NCBI GenBank assembly: GCA_963810935.1
Contig: CAWEPK010000012.1
Location: forward strand, 128,001 to 192,000
DNA: 64,000 bases
Direction of reading: 5' to 3'
Source: an uncultured delta proteobacterium
Lineage (GTDB): Bacteria > Desulfobacterota > Syntrophorhabdia > Syntrophorhabdales > WCHB1-27
A model generated the notes under the pieces. It did no database searches. It had not been told where the DNA came from and was given only the letters and a program-made list of their open reading frames with translations. Below, one piece after another: positions 41,309-52,800 of the stretch; the first letter of the stretch is position 1, and every line of letters begins with the position of its first letter. The translations under genes were made by a program, and so were the position numbers.

Positions 41309-41628
41309 GCGTTGCCGGACCTCTGAATGTCCCCTTCGAGCACGCGATGATGTTTGCGGGCATACTTCTCATTCTCGGTCTCGCGGGGATCATCGTGCGG
41401 AGGGACACGATCTTTATCCTGCTTTCGCTCGAAGTCATGCTCAATGCGGCGGGCCTTGCCTTTGTGCTCGCTGCTGCGCGCTTCGCGAGCCCGGACGGCC
41501 AGGTGATGTTTATCTTCGTCCTTGCAGTCGCGGCTGCGGAGGTTTCCATAGGGCTTGCGCTCGTGCTCTGGCTTTATCACTATAAACGGACTGTCGATAT
41601 TGACAGGGCCCGCGACATGAGGGGATAG
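41305..41628 (+). CDS. nuoK: NADH-quinone oxidoreductase subunit K
   Basis: RR..I..LLSLEVMLNA, DGQV, VAAAEVSIGLAL. Confidence 0.94.
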   Translation: MSVAGPLNVPFEHAMMFAGILLILGLAGIIVRRDTIFILLSLEVMLNAAGLAFVLAAARFASPDGQVMFIFVLAVAAAEVSIGLALVLWLYHYKRTVDIDRARDMRG

Positions 41629-41629
41629 C

Positions 41630-43535
41630 GTGGCAGACCTTTTGTGGCTAATTCCGGCATTGCCGCTTGCAGGTTTCATGGTCCTGCTGTTTTTCGGCCG
41701 AAGGCTGACAGGACGCAGCCCGGCCGTGGTTGGCTGTTTGTCGGTCGGCCTCTCCATGGTCGCCGCCCTTGCGCTTGCGGCGGGGTTCATCAGCAGCGCC
41801 CCGCCCCGTCATGCAATCGCAAAAACGCTCTATACCTGGTTCAACGCAGGCGGGCTCATCACCTCGATCGGGTTTTACTTCGACGGCCTGTCGCTCATGA
41901 TGGTCGTCGTCATCACCGTCGTCGGCTTCCTCATCCATATATATTCTTCCGACTTCATGGCAGCCGATTCGAGCCTGCCGACTGCGGAAGATGGCCAGGG
42001 GTATGCCCGCTTCTTCGCCTACATGAACCTTTTCGTCGGCTCCATGCTCGTCCTCGTCCTCGCGGACAACCTGCTGTTGCTCTATCTCGGATGGGAAGGG
42101 AGTGGGCCTGTGCTCCTACCTTTTAATCGGCTTCTGGTACAAAGACCCCGCGAACGGGCGGGCGGCGGTCAAGGCATTCATGGTGACGCGCGTCGGCGAC
42201 GCATCCCTTGCAGTCGGCCTTTTCATCATCGCATGGAGCTTCAGCACCTTCGACATACAGGAGGCGGCCGCAAGGGCGGCTCACGCCTGGCCGCAAGGCT
42301 CCGCAATCGCTATTGCGGCGGCGGCATTGCTCCTGGGCGGCGCTATCGGCAAGTCCGCCCAGTTGCCGCTCCAGACGTGGCTCCCCGACGCGATGGCAGG
42401 CCCGACGCCCGTCTCCGCCCTGATCCATGCAGCCACGATGGTAACCGCAGGCGTCTATCTGATCGGCAGGACGCACGCTATTTTTGAGCTTGCCCCGCCC
42501 GTCCTTACAGCCGTCGCTGTCATAGGCGCGGCTACGCTTTTGATCGCGGGGGCGAGCGCCCTGGTCCAGCGCGACCTGAAGCGCATCCTCGCTTACTCGA
42601 CGATGAGCCAGATAGGCTATATGTTCTGCGCCCTCGGCGTGGGCGCGTGGTCTGCCGCTTTCTTCCACTTCATGACGCACGCATTTTTCAAGGCCCTTTT
42701 GTTCCTGTCGGCAGGGGTAGTCATAAAAGCGATGGATAACGAGCACGACATATTCAAAATGGGCGGACTCCGGTCACACTTACCCTCTGCATGGCGGGGC
42801 TTTCTCGTCGGTGCGGCGTCCCTTGCCGCGCTCCCGTACGTAACCGCGGGCTTCTACAGCAAGGACTTGATACTTTCCACCCTCCTCGCATCGAAGCAGG
42901 GCGGCATATGGCTCTGGGCCGCGGGGCTTCTCGGGGCGTTTCTGACGTCTATCTACGCCTTCCGCCCGGTCTTCGTCGTCTTCTTCGGAGAGGGACCGGG
43001 GCGCAAAACGGGGCGGGCAGGCCCGTTGATGGCTGCGCCCCTTTTCGTGCTGTCGATCTTTGCCATCGGGGCAGGGTGGCTCCTGCCGAACGGCTTTGCC
43101 GGGCCTTTCCTTTCCGGCCTCTTCGGCGCACTCCCCACGGGCGCGGCCGAAGAAAAAGGCGTGGGTCTTCTCGCTACGCTTGCGCCGCAGGTCGTTGTCG
43201 TCGCAGGCATCGTGCTTGCCGGGATGCTCTATCTCGCCCTGCCTCGGACAAGGAAGGCCCTCACCGGCAGCCCGGCGGGCGCGGCTGCCAACCGCTTCCT
43301 GTTTTCCGGCTGGGGCTTCGACAGGCTTTACGGCGTGCTTTTCGTCGCCCCTTTCATTTGGGCGGCGCGGATAAACAGGTCGGACATCATCGACCTGCCC
43401 TTCCGCGTCGTGGGCCTCATCGCTGAGTTCGCATCGCGCGGCCTCTCCCTTACCCAGTCGGGAAAGGTCCGCTGGTACGCCGCCGCAGTCGCCCTGGGCG
43501 GCGCGGTCTTTCTGGGACTGGCGGTGTTCCTGTGA
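41630..43535 (+). CDS. nuoL: NADH-quinone oxidoreductase subunit L (apparent frameshift near 42100)
   Basis: RFFAYMNLF, GWEG/VGLCSYLLIGFW, GKSAQLPLQTWLPDAMAGPTPVSALIHAATMV, THAFFKALLF. Confidence 0.92.
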
Positions 43536-45021
43536 TCCTCGTCGCCATCATCTTCGTCCCCATTGCAGCGGGCCTTGCCGCCTGGCTCTCCGAGCGCATA
43601 AGCAGCCGGGCGCCCAGAGCGGTTTGCCTCTTCGGCTTCATAGTCGACTTCGCCCTCGTCGCATGGTTGTGGGCCGATGCCCCGCATGCGAGCGCCGCAG
43701 GCCCGTGGCTCGCGACGTTCCGGGCAGCGTGGCACCCCCTCCCTGCCGTGAGCTTCTACCTGGGGGCGGACGGGATCAGCCTCGTCCTCCTTGCCCTTAC
43801 GGCATTTCTGGGCTGCATCGCGACTGCCGCCTCGTGGAACGAGATAACCGAAAGGACAGGCTTCTTCCATTTATGCCTTTCGTGGACGGTCGCAGGCGTC
43901 GCTGCCGTTTTCTGCGCCCTCGATCTTTTCCTTTTCTATTTCGTCTGGGAGCTCGATGCTCGTGCCGATGTATTTCCTTATTGCCCTGTGGGGACACGAA
44001 GACCGCTTCCGGGCCGCAGTCAAATTCTTCATCTTCACGCAGGTGAGCGGCCTCCTCATGCTGGCAGCGATCTTCGGCCTCTATTTCAGCCACGCAAGCG
44101 CGGGCGGGACGCCGACCTTCGACTACCAGGCGCTTTTCGCAACGCCGCTCGCCCCATCCCTCGCGCTCCTTAATACAGGCAGGCTTCCTTTCAGCCTTTC
44201 TCGTGAAGCTCCCCGCCTTCCCGTTCCACACGTGGCTGCCCGACGCGCACACGCAGGCCCCGACGGCAGGCAGCGTCGTCCTCGCGGGCCTGCTTTTAAA
44301 AACAGGCGCGTACGGCATCATCCGATTTTCCGTGCCGCTGTTCGCCCAGGCAGGCGGGCAGCCGGCGTTCCTGCTCGCTGTGCTCGGCGTAGCAGGCATA
44401 CTATACGGCGCGCTCCTCGCTTTGGGGCAGACCGACATGAAGCGTCTCGTCGCCTACACGAGCGTAAGCCACATGGGGTTCGTACTTACGGGCATTGCCG
44501 TGGGGAACGAAATCGCCTTCCAGGGCGTGATGATACAGATCGTCTCCCACGGCCTCTCCACGGGCGCCTTGTTCGTCATGGCGGGCCTGCTCCAGGAGCG
44601 CCTGAAGACGCGCGACATGGAGCGCATGGGCGGCTTCTGGACAGACGCGCCGCGCATGGGCGGCATGGCGATGTTCTTTGCCCTTGCCTCGATGGGCCTG
44701 CCGGGCATCGGCAACTTCCTGGGCGAGTTCATGGTCGTCCTCGGCGCGTATAAAGTGAGCCCGGCCCTTGCCGCCGTGGCATCCGTCGGGTTCATATTCT
44801 CGACTGCCTATTCCCTGCGCCTCGTCCACCGGGTCTTCTTAGGCGAGCACAAGGAGGCGCAGCGGGTCTCCGACCTTTCGGCGCGCGAGACGGCCGTAAT
44901 GGTGCTCATGCTCCTTCCGCTTTTATGGCTCGGCCTCGCTCCGCAGGCGTTCATAGACAAAGTGAAAGTCGGAGGGACAGTGCAGACTGACGTTCGGCCG
45001 CCGCAGAAGGTGGCACGATGA
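43532..45021 (+). CDS. nuoM: NADH-quinone oxidoreductase subunit M (apparent frameshifts near 43954 and 44180)
   Basis: DGIS, DLFLFYFVWE, VKLP.FPFHTWLPDAH.QAPTAGS, LLKTGAYG, KRLVAYTSVSHMG. Confidence 0.9.
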
Positions 45022-46441
45022 GCCTCCTGCCCGTCCTGCCGATGGGGGTGCTCGTCTTTGGCTTGGCCCTGGCTATGATCGGCGTTGCCGTGCGGCGGAG
45101 TCACGCGGCGACGTTCGGCATCACCCTCGCGGCAATCATCGCGTCGGGCGTATCCGCCGCCGGCCTTGCCTCGTCCGTCCCCATGCAGGGCGGCCCGCTA
45201 TTCTTCGCAGACGGGTTCGCCCTGTTCTACGCGGGCCTGGTGCTTATCGCGGGCGCGTGCGTTGCTATCCTTGCCAGGGGCTACCTGAAAGGCCGCGCGG
45301 TCAGGCCCGAAGAATTCTATATGCTGCTTCTGGGCGCATTGACCGGGGCCTTAGCGCTCATTTTCTCCTGCCATTTCGCCTCGTTCTTTTTGGGCCTGGA
45401 GGTGCTCTCCGTCTCCCTTTACTGCCTTATCGCGTACCCGCGCTCGGATGCGCGCCAGACGGAAGGGGCGATCAAGTACCTGGTGCTCTCGGGTGCGTCG
45501 TCGGCCCTTCTGCTTTACGGCATGGCCATCGTCTACGGGCTGACCGGGGCGATGGGGTTCTCAGCCGTGTTTCAGGCGCTTGCAGGCTTAAAACACGGGC
45601 AGGCCGCAGTCTTCGCAGGGACTGCCTTCATCGTCACAGGGGTCGGCTTCAAGCTCGGCGTTGTGCCGTTCCACATGTGGACGCCCGACGTATATGAGGG
45701 CGCGCCCGCGCCGGTGACCGCCTTTATCGCGACGGCATCGAAAGGCGCGGTCTTCGCCATCGTCATGCGATTTTTCTCAGGCGGCGCGCTCTTCGGGGCA
45801 CCGTACCTGTTCGCACTCTTTTCCATCGTCGCGGTCGCGTCGATGCTCGCCGGGAACCTCCTCGCCCTCTTCCAGACGAACATAAAGCGCCTCCTCGCCT
45901 ACTCGTCGATTGCCCATTTCGGCTACCTGCTGATCGCGTTCCTCTCTGCCGGCCCGTACAGGATAACGGCAGTCACGTTCTACCTCGTCGCCTATTTCGT
46001 GACAATGCTGGGCGCATTCAGCGTGATGACCGCGTTGTCGGGCAAAGAAAGGGACGCGGACAGGATCGAGGATTACGAAGGCCTTTTCTACACCCGCCCA
46101 TGGCTGGCAGGCGCGTTTGCGTTCCAGTTGCTGTCGCTTGCAGGGCATGCCGCTGACTGCAGGTTTCATTGCGAAGATATACATAGTGGCTGCGGGGGTA
46201 AATTCCGCGCTTGCGGCTACTGGTGGCAGCGTTGATCGCAGGCAGCGGGATAAGCCTGTTCTATTACCTACGGGTAATCGTGGCCCTATTCCGCAAACCG
46301 GCAGCCGCCCCATACGCGCCGCCGGGGCGACTTGGCGCGCGGATCATGACTGCGGCCTTGTTCGTCCTCCTTGTCTGGTGGGGGATATTTCCCGGTCCGG
46401 TGTTATATGTGATAGGTCTTATAAAACCGATTGTGCCGTAA
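45018..46441 (+). CDS. nuoN: NADH-quinone oxidoreductase subunit N (apparent frameshifts near 46144 and 46211)
   Basis: EGAIKY, FKLGVVPFHMWTPDVYEGAP, QTNIKRLLAYSSIAHFGY; both indels are absent from the duplicate at 53799. Confidence 0.92.
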
Positions 46442-46449
46442 CGATGTCA

Positions 46450-46496
46450 ATTACATCTCACCCGCAGTTGCCGCAATTGGCCCCGGTCCAATTGCG
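46450..46496. repeat. Repeat A copy 1 (ATTACATCTCACCCGC..GCAATTGG-loop-CCAATTGC)
   Basis: Near-identical to 53744-53797 and 58105-58159. Confidence 0.9.
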
Positions 46497-46606
46497 AAAG
46501 CAGACGCTCGCAATCATTTGCAGGGGCCGGCAGGCCCCTGATCTTTACCGGACCCTCAAGACCACGCGCCAACGGTTTAGACGCGCTTTCCCTGGTTCGC
46601 TCTACT

Positions 46607-47138
46607 CTATCCTTCGAGCTTTTCAATGGAGGTTGCAGTCGCGTCCGTATAGGTCACACTCAACCGGTCGCCATACTTCAAGCTTTCCAGGAGGTTGGGG
46701 TCTCCGACCTTCACGTTCAGAAACTGTCCTTCAGACCCTTTCAGCGTCACCATCGAGCGGCGAGGGTCGATGATCTGCACTATGCCGCTCATCGTGACGG
46801 GCTGGCGGCCGGGACCTGCCTCGTACGGGCGCCGGCGCGCTCATCAATTGCTGGCCGGGTTTTGCCATCTGCAGGACCCTGCCCTCCTGATATCGGACGG
46901 CTACCCGGTCGCCGGGGTTTAACTGGGAGAAATTCGTCACGCTCTCTCCGGCTATTACGCTGAAAACGCCGCCGTCCGTGTTTTTGAGCATAACCATGCG
47001 GGTTGTAGGGTCTAAAGATTCCACCATGGCGATGGTGCTGACTATCTCGGACCTTTCCTCCGTTTCCTGCCCCTTGACTATCGCCGCCCAGGACATCAGG
47101 CATATTGCGGCCATGCAAAGAATCATTACACGTTTCAT
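46607..47138 (-). CDS. Exported hypothetical protein with two similar beta-rich repeats (apparent frameshift near 46830)
   Basis: AGGAGG RBS, signal peptide MKRVMILCMAAICLMSWAA; repeats VESLDPTTRMVMLK..LNPGDRVAVRY and VQIIDPRRSMVTLK..LKYGDRLSVTY. Confidence 0.7.
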
Positions 47139-47450
47139 AGCTTTCCTCCTTTTCAATCTCGCCTTTCCAGCAAAGTTGTCATGAATGGGGGTCTTGTCAA
47201 TGAGGAGGCCGTAATCGCAAGCGGGGGGATGATTAACAAGGGCGATTTCATGCTGGGAAAGGGTGGGATGGACATCATTCTTTCCTATGGACTTCCTGTC
47301 CAGTCAAAACGTAATGGACCTGTCCGTAAAGTCAAGGCCCCGCCGGCAGCTCCCCTTTCTTGTCTGGCCGTCTATCCTGCATTACGTTTCAATGATCGGA
47401 AGGTGCGCAGCGCCGTCCAGGGACCGGGGCAAGTGGAAGGAGACGACCGA

Positions 47451-48134
47451 ATGACCGGGACGACCCTCCCGTATACAGCACACACATCGGAAAACGGTGT
47501 TCAGACCGAGATATACCTGCCCAAGAAATGGTATTTTCAGCGCTTTGTATACGATACCCTGATAGAAGGCCTGAATCTCGATCACGTCAAGGATAGCCTC
47601 GTCCGGAATATTGAAGATGTGAGCGAACTGCTGAAAGATTTTGCGATAAGGCCGCTGGAAGGTAGATTGACAAAATCGAGAATCGAGCGCATGAACCCGT
47701 CGTTCTGGGGCTATTCCGTGTACGAAGTCGATAGGGTAGTCTGTGCGTCCCCTGCGAAAGGACCGGGGGTGGAAGTGGAAAAGATTCAGGTGCTCAGGGT
47801 CATGTTTCGAACGGACATAGAAGACATGCAGAAGGCCCTTGAAGCCGGGGGTATAGCAATCCCACCCGAAAAGATCAGGGCAATCATTTATGACCTGTAC
47901 CGTTCGAATATAAAAGAGCTCGAGGCCTTGCCGGAAAAGACGGGCGCATCGATCATCCGGCAGTATTTGAGAGACTGGCTCTGGGATATCCGGCTTTTTC
48001 TTTTCGGTTACGTAATCCGCGAAGTCTGTAACGCGATCAAAAGGCTGGGCGGAGGCGCAAAGCCCTCGGAAGAGATATGGGTAGTCTCTTTCTGGGACAC
48101 CAAAATCAGCCGGATCGTTCCGACGCCGGCTTAG
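47451..48134 (+). CDS. Hypothetical protein (227 aa), no recognised family
   Basis: AAGGAG RBS, open frame ending 18 nt before usp start. Confidence 0.7.
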   Translation: MTGTTLPYTAHTSENGVQTEIYLPKKWYFQRFVYDTLIEGLNLDHVKDSLVRNIEDVSELLKDFAIRPLEGRLTKSRIERMNPSFWGYSVYEVDRVVCASPAKGPGVEVEKIQVLRVMFRTDIEDMQKALEAGGIAIPPEKIRAIIYDLYRSNIKELEALPEKTGASIIRQYLRDWLWDIRLFLFGYVIREVCNAIKRLGGGAKPSEEIWVVSFWDTKISRIVPTPA

Positions 48135-48152
48135 TAATCGATGGAGGACGAT

Positions 48153-48632
48153 ATGAGAAAGATCCTCTTGGCGATAGACGGTTCCGCCTGTTCTTCCCGT
48201 GCCGTCGCATATTGTGGGAAGCAGTTTGCCGGTGTACCGGATTTATCCGTCGCCCTCCTTCACGTCCTGCCGAACCTCCCGGCCCAGTTCTGGGACGACG
48301 GCCACATTCTATCGGAACAGGAGAAAGAGGCGCGAGAAACGGTCGTAGCCACGTGGCTGGAGAACCGGAAGCTGGCAGCGGAGCCTATGTTCCGGGCTGC
48401 AATGGAGGAGCTGGAGCAAAGCGGTATACGTCCGAAACAAATAGAAAGAAAAACCATTTATGATTCCACCGATGTCACGACAAGCATCCTCGAGGAGGCG
48501 AGGGACGGGGGCTACCTGACCCTGATACTGGGGCGGTGCGGCCCCTCCGGCATAGGTGGGCACCTCCTGGGGAGCACCACTGGCAGGATCGTTCAGCGGG
48601 GCGCCGACCTGACAATATGCGTGGTCGAATAG
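48153..48632 (+). CDS. Universal stress protein
   Basis: KILLAIDGS..AV.Y, LLHV, ILGRCG.SG...LLGSTT. Confidence 0.88.
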   Translation: MRKILLAIDGSACSSRAVAYCGKQFAGVPDLSVALLHVLPNLPAQFWDDGHILSEQEKEARETVVATWLENRKLAAEPMFRAAMEELEQSGIRPKQIERKTIYDSTDVTTSILEEARDGGYLTLILGRCGPSGIGGHLLGSTTGRIVQRGADLTICVVE

Positions 48633-48720
48633 GGATTCCTGGAAACGAATAAAGGCAGACTGCGGCTACTAAGACCGGTACGCCCACAAAGTGCTGAACG
48701 AACAAGGAGGTCTTGACGTG

Positions 48721-49734
48721 ATGGGGGAGAACAGACCGAGACACATGACGCTCGATCGCTTCTTAGTCGGGCAGCAGAGAGCACACCCCGGGGCCGGAGG
48801 CGAGCTGACGCGGGTCATGGACCAGGTCGGTACCGTGGGGAAGATTATCTCCAGCTACATGCGGCGTGCAGCCCTGGGAGCGATGACCGGCCTTACCGGC
48901 GCTGTGAACGTCCAGGGTGAAAAGGTGCAGAAGCTCGATGAGCTGGGCAACACGATCTTCGTCCAGGCATTCGAATACGTCGATATCGTCGGCGCCATAG
49001 TCTCCGAGGAGATGGCCGAGCCGCTGGTCGTCGAGCCCGGAAGGACCTCGGGGAAATACGTCGTGCTGGTAGACCCCATCGACGGTTCTTCCAACCTGGA
49101 CGTGGACTGTGCGGTCGGCTCCATCTTCTCCATACGGGACCTCAGAGGCTCCGTGGAAGAATCGATCCTTATGGAGGGAGCGCACCAGGTTGCGGCAGGC
49201 TACATCATGTACGGCATGTCGACGGTCCTCGTCTACACGGCCGGGGACGGCGTGCACAGCTTCGTTCTCGATGAAGAGATCGGGGAGTTCGTCCTGGACC
49301 ACGACAACATCCTGATGCCCGACCGGGGAAAGACCATGGCCTCCAATTTCGGCAATTACAAAATATGGGGCGAGCCGGCAAGGAAGTTCGTCGAGACCCT
49401 TTCCGCCGGAGAGAAGGGTTACTCCCTCCGTTACTCGGGGGCGCTCGTCGCCGACCTGCATCAAATCCTTCACAGAGGAGGCATCTACTTTTACCCGGAG
49501 GACAATAAAAGACCCAGGGGCAAGCTGCGGCTCCTTTACGAGTGCGCACCCCTTGCCATGATAGCCGAACAGGCAGGGGGCGGGGCGACCACGGGGAAGA
49601 TGAGGGTTATGGACATCCGGCCCGAAAGCGTCCACCAGCGCATACCCTTCGCTATCGGCAGCCGGCACGAGATAGGCGTGTATGAAGATGCCTATCGTAA
49701 TGTCGAAAAGGCTAAAGCGGCTCCGGGCGGATGA
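48721..49734 (+). CDS. fbp: Fructose-1,6-bisphosphatase class 1
   Basis: NVQGEKVQKLD, SEE, DPIDGSSN, AAGY.MYG, RYSGALVADLH, GKLRLLYECAP. Confidence 0.95.
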   Translation: MGENRPRHMTLDRFLVGQQRAHPGAGGELTRVMDQVGTVGKIISSYMRRAALGAMTGLTGAVNVQGEKVQKLDELGNTIFVQAFEYVDIVGAIVSEEMAEPLVVEPGRTSGKYVVLVDPIDGSSNLDVDCAVGSIFSIRDLRGSVEESILMEGAHQVAAGYIMYGMSTVLVYTAGDGVHSFVLDEEIGEFVLDHDNILMPDRGKTMASNFGNYKIWGEPARKFVETLSAGEKGYSLRYSGALVADLHQILHRGGIYFYPEDNKRPRGKLRLLYECAPLAMIAEQAGGGATTGKMRVMDIRPESVHQRIPFAIGSRHEIGVYEDAYRNVEKAKAAPGG

Positions 49735-49879
49735 GTTGTGGACCGATCGACTTCATGAAGGACACCTCGGCCGGAGAGAGACGCTGCTTGGTGGAGGTTT
49801 TCATTCGGTCGAAAAATGGCGGCCTGCAATTGCAGCATCGACCGTATCCGATAAGAAGTAAGGATTACCGAGAGGAAGG

Positions 49880-52800
49880 TCACTCAGGGAGGGCCGCGGA
49901 TATACGATCCCGGGCGTGCAGCACCCGGCTTACCGTCTCAGCCAGATCCCTTGCGACCACCGGCTTATAGAGGAACTCCGCTATGCCCGCCGCCTTTGCC
50001 TTCTGGGGCGACACTGTCTCGCTGTACCCAGTGAAGAGGATTATGGGCATGTCCTTTCTGAGCTCAAGCATCTTCTCGGCGAGTCTCATGCCTGTGAGGT
50101 CGGGCATTACGTGGTCGGTAAGGACGAGATCGAAGTCTCCAGGCGCCTTCTCGAACTTCTCCCACCCCTCATGCCCACTGCCCGCAGTCGTTACCTGATA
50201 GCCGAGGCGTTTCAGGGTGTCCGAGGTCATCTCTACGACGGCCGGTTCGTCATCAACGACGAGCACTCTCTCTGTACCCTTGAGGAGGGCAGCCTGCTGG
50301 ATGGGCTCTTCCTGCACGGCCTCCTGATGGGATGGGAAGAACACCTTGAAGGTGGTCCCCTTGCCCGGCCTGCTCTTCACGGTGATCGCCCCGTTATGGG
50401 CCTTTACGATGCCGAAGACAACGGCAAGACCCATGCCTGAACCCTTGCCCTGTTCCTTGGTCGTGAAAAACGGCTCGAATATCCTGCAGAGCACCTGCTT
50501 CGGCATGCCGGCCCCAGTGTCGCGGACCGTAAGCACCACGTATCTTCCCGTCTGCATGTCGGGGTCGGGCTTCGGGTCTTTCTCCCCGAAGACCGCGTCC
50601 GATACGCCCATGAAGAGGAGGCCCCCATCTTCGTTGATTGCGTCGGCCGCGTTGGTCGAGAGGTTCATTATTACCTGCTGGACCTGGGAGACGTCGGCAA
50701 GGACCGCATCAAGGTCGCTGCGGGTGTCGACTTCGATCTTTATCATGCTCGGCAGGGAGCCCCGAAGGAAATTGGCTGTCTCTTGCACCAAGGGACCGAG
50801 CTTGAACGGCTTTCTCCGCCCCTGGCTCTTCCTGCTGAAGGCGAGAATCTCCTTTACCAGATCCCTTGCTCTTTGGGAAGCCATCAGTATCTGTTTGATC
50901 CTGTGATCGGCCCCGTCCGAGCCGTCGCCGATGTCATCAAGGGCAAGCTCCGCGTTGCCGATGATGACGGCGAGCATGTTGTTGAAGTCGTGGGCTATGC
51001 CACCTGCGAGTGTTCCGAGGGCCTCCATCTTCTGAGCTTGACGGAGTTGCTCCTCAAGGCGCATTCGTTCCTCTTCAGCTCTTCGGGACTCGGTCAAGTC
51101 GATCACAATGCCTCGTACGCCGGTTACCTTTCCGTTACGCTCAGTCCGGCTGGCGCGGATGAAAACGGGAAATTCGCTTCCGTCATTCCGTCTCACCGTA
51201 TATTCACCGCCCGGCAGGGCCTCCCCTTTCAAAATCCTGTTCATATTTTGTTTTATCCTGCCGTAGTCCTTCTCTGCTACCAAATCTCTTATATAGAGAC
51301 CCTCTCGGAGCTTCTCGGAAGTGACGCCAAAGGTTTCGATGGCTTGGCGGTTGGCGTATGTATACCTCTCGTTCAAATCCGTCTCGAACACTATCTCCGG
51401 CAGCAGCTCCACCAGCGTATGGAACCTTTCATTTGATTCTTCCAGTTCTGCTGTTCTCTCCCAAACCCGCTGCTCAAGCCCGTTACGGGAGCGGCGAAGC
51501 TCTTCCTCCATCCGCTTGCGTTCCGTAATGTCACGTAGTGCGGTAAGCCTCACTTTCCGGCCATGATGCGTCTCGGTCTTACCGTGTGCCTCGACTGTGA
51601 CGGGTTGCCCGTCTCGTTTTATCATCCCATGCTCGACTATTACTTCCAGCCCCTGTAGGATGTTGTCCATAACTTTCGCGCGGTCTTCAGGGACAATGAA
51701 TTCTGAGACCTCCCTGCCCACCATCTCTTCCCGGCGGTAGCCGAGCATACTGAATAACTGATCGTTGCCGTCTACAAACCTCCCTTGCTCGGTAATTGCC
51801 ACGCCCTCGAAGGTTGCCTGCGTGAGGATTTTGAACCTCTCCTCGCTTTCCCGTAAAGCTTCCTCGGCCCGCTTGCGCTCGGTGACGTCCCGGAAAATCA
51901 CCACCACCCCGCTGGTGTTGCCGGCCTCATCTTTTATCGGAGCACCGCTATCGTCTATGGGGACCTCCGATCCGTCTTTTTTCATGAGGACCGTATGGTT
52001 CGCAAGACCGACAGTCATTCCTTCCCGGAGCACCTTCGTTACGGGGTTCTCAACCTGATTACGGGTCTGCTCGTTGATGATGCTAAAGACTTCTGTCACT
52101 GGTCTCGCCGCGGCTTCTTGGAGGGTCCAGCCGGTCAACCCCTCCGCAACGGCGTTCATGAACGTGATCTTTCCTTCAACGTCCGTGGCTATGACTGCAT
52201 CGCCGATGCTCGAAAGGGTGGTGGCCCAGCGTTGCTCGCTCGCGCGAAGGGCAGCCTTTTCTTGAATCAAACGCTCTGCCATGCTATCGAATGCGCGCGC
52301 CACTTCTCCAAGCTCGCCGCCTTTCACAATGGAAGCCACATTCACGTTATCAACGCCCGCAGCCAATCGCCCGGCTGCCTTCTTCAACGCCGTAGCAGGG
52401 TTTACGATGAGACGACTTCCGATAAGCCAGGCCAGGAACAACCCGATAATAAACAACGACACAAATACCGCCAGGTTACTGAACATTGTGATGTTCGCCT
52501 TTGAAATGGCTGAGGCCAGCGGTATGCTTGAACGGATGTAAAGATAGGGTTCCGATTCATTGGGCAGGCGGAGTTTTTTGTAGGCGGCAAGGCGGGGCTT
52601 CTCGTCATTTCCGATAGCTTCGTATGTTCCTTCGTCAGCCCCCTCCCTCATCCTGGTGAAGAGGTCTTGCCTGATGTCGCGCCCGCCGATGAGTTTCCCC
52701 GAGAGGGGATCGTTGAGACTCCTCATGAGGATAGTCCCCTGGTCGTCAAGCAAGGCGAATAATGAACCCGGCGGCAGGTTAAGGTGTTCGAACATATGCC

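Noticed and set aside
40791..41585. Extended 264-aa NuoJ overlapping nuoK
   Set aside because: The tail is non-homologous out-of-frame nuoK sequence; one indel restores an ATGA overlap
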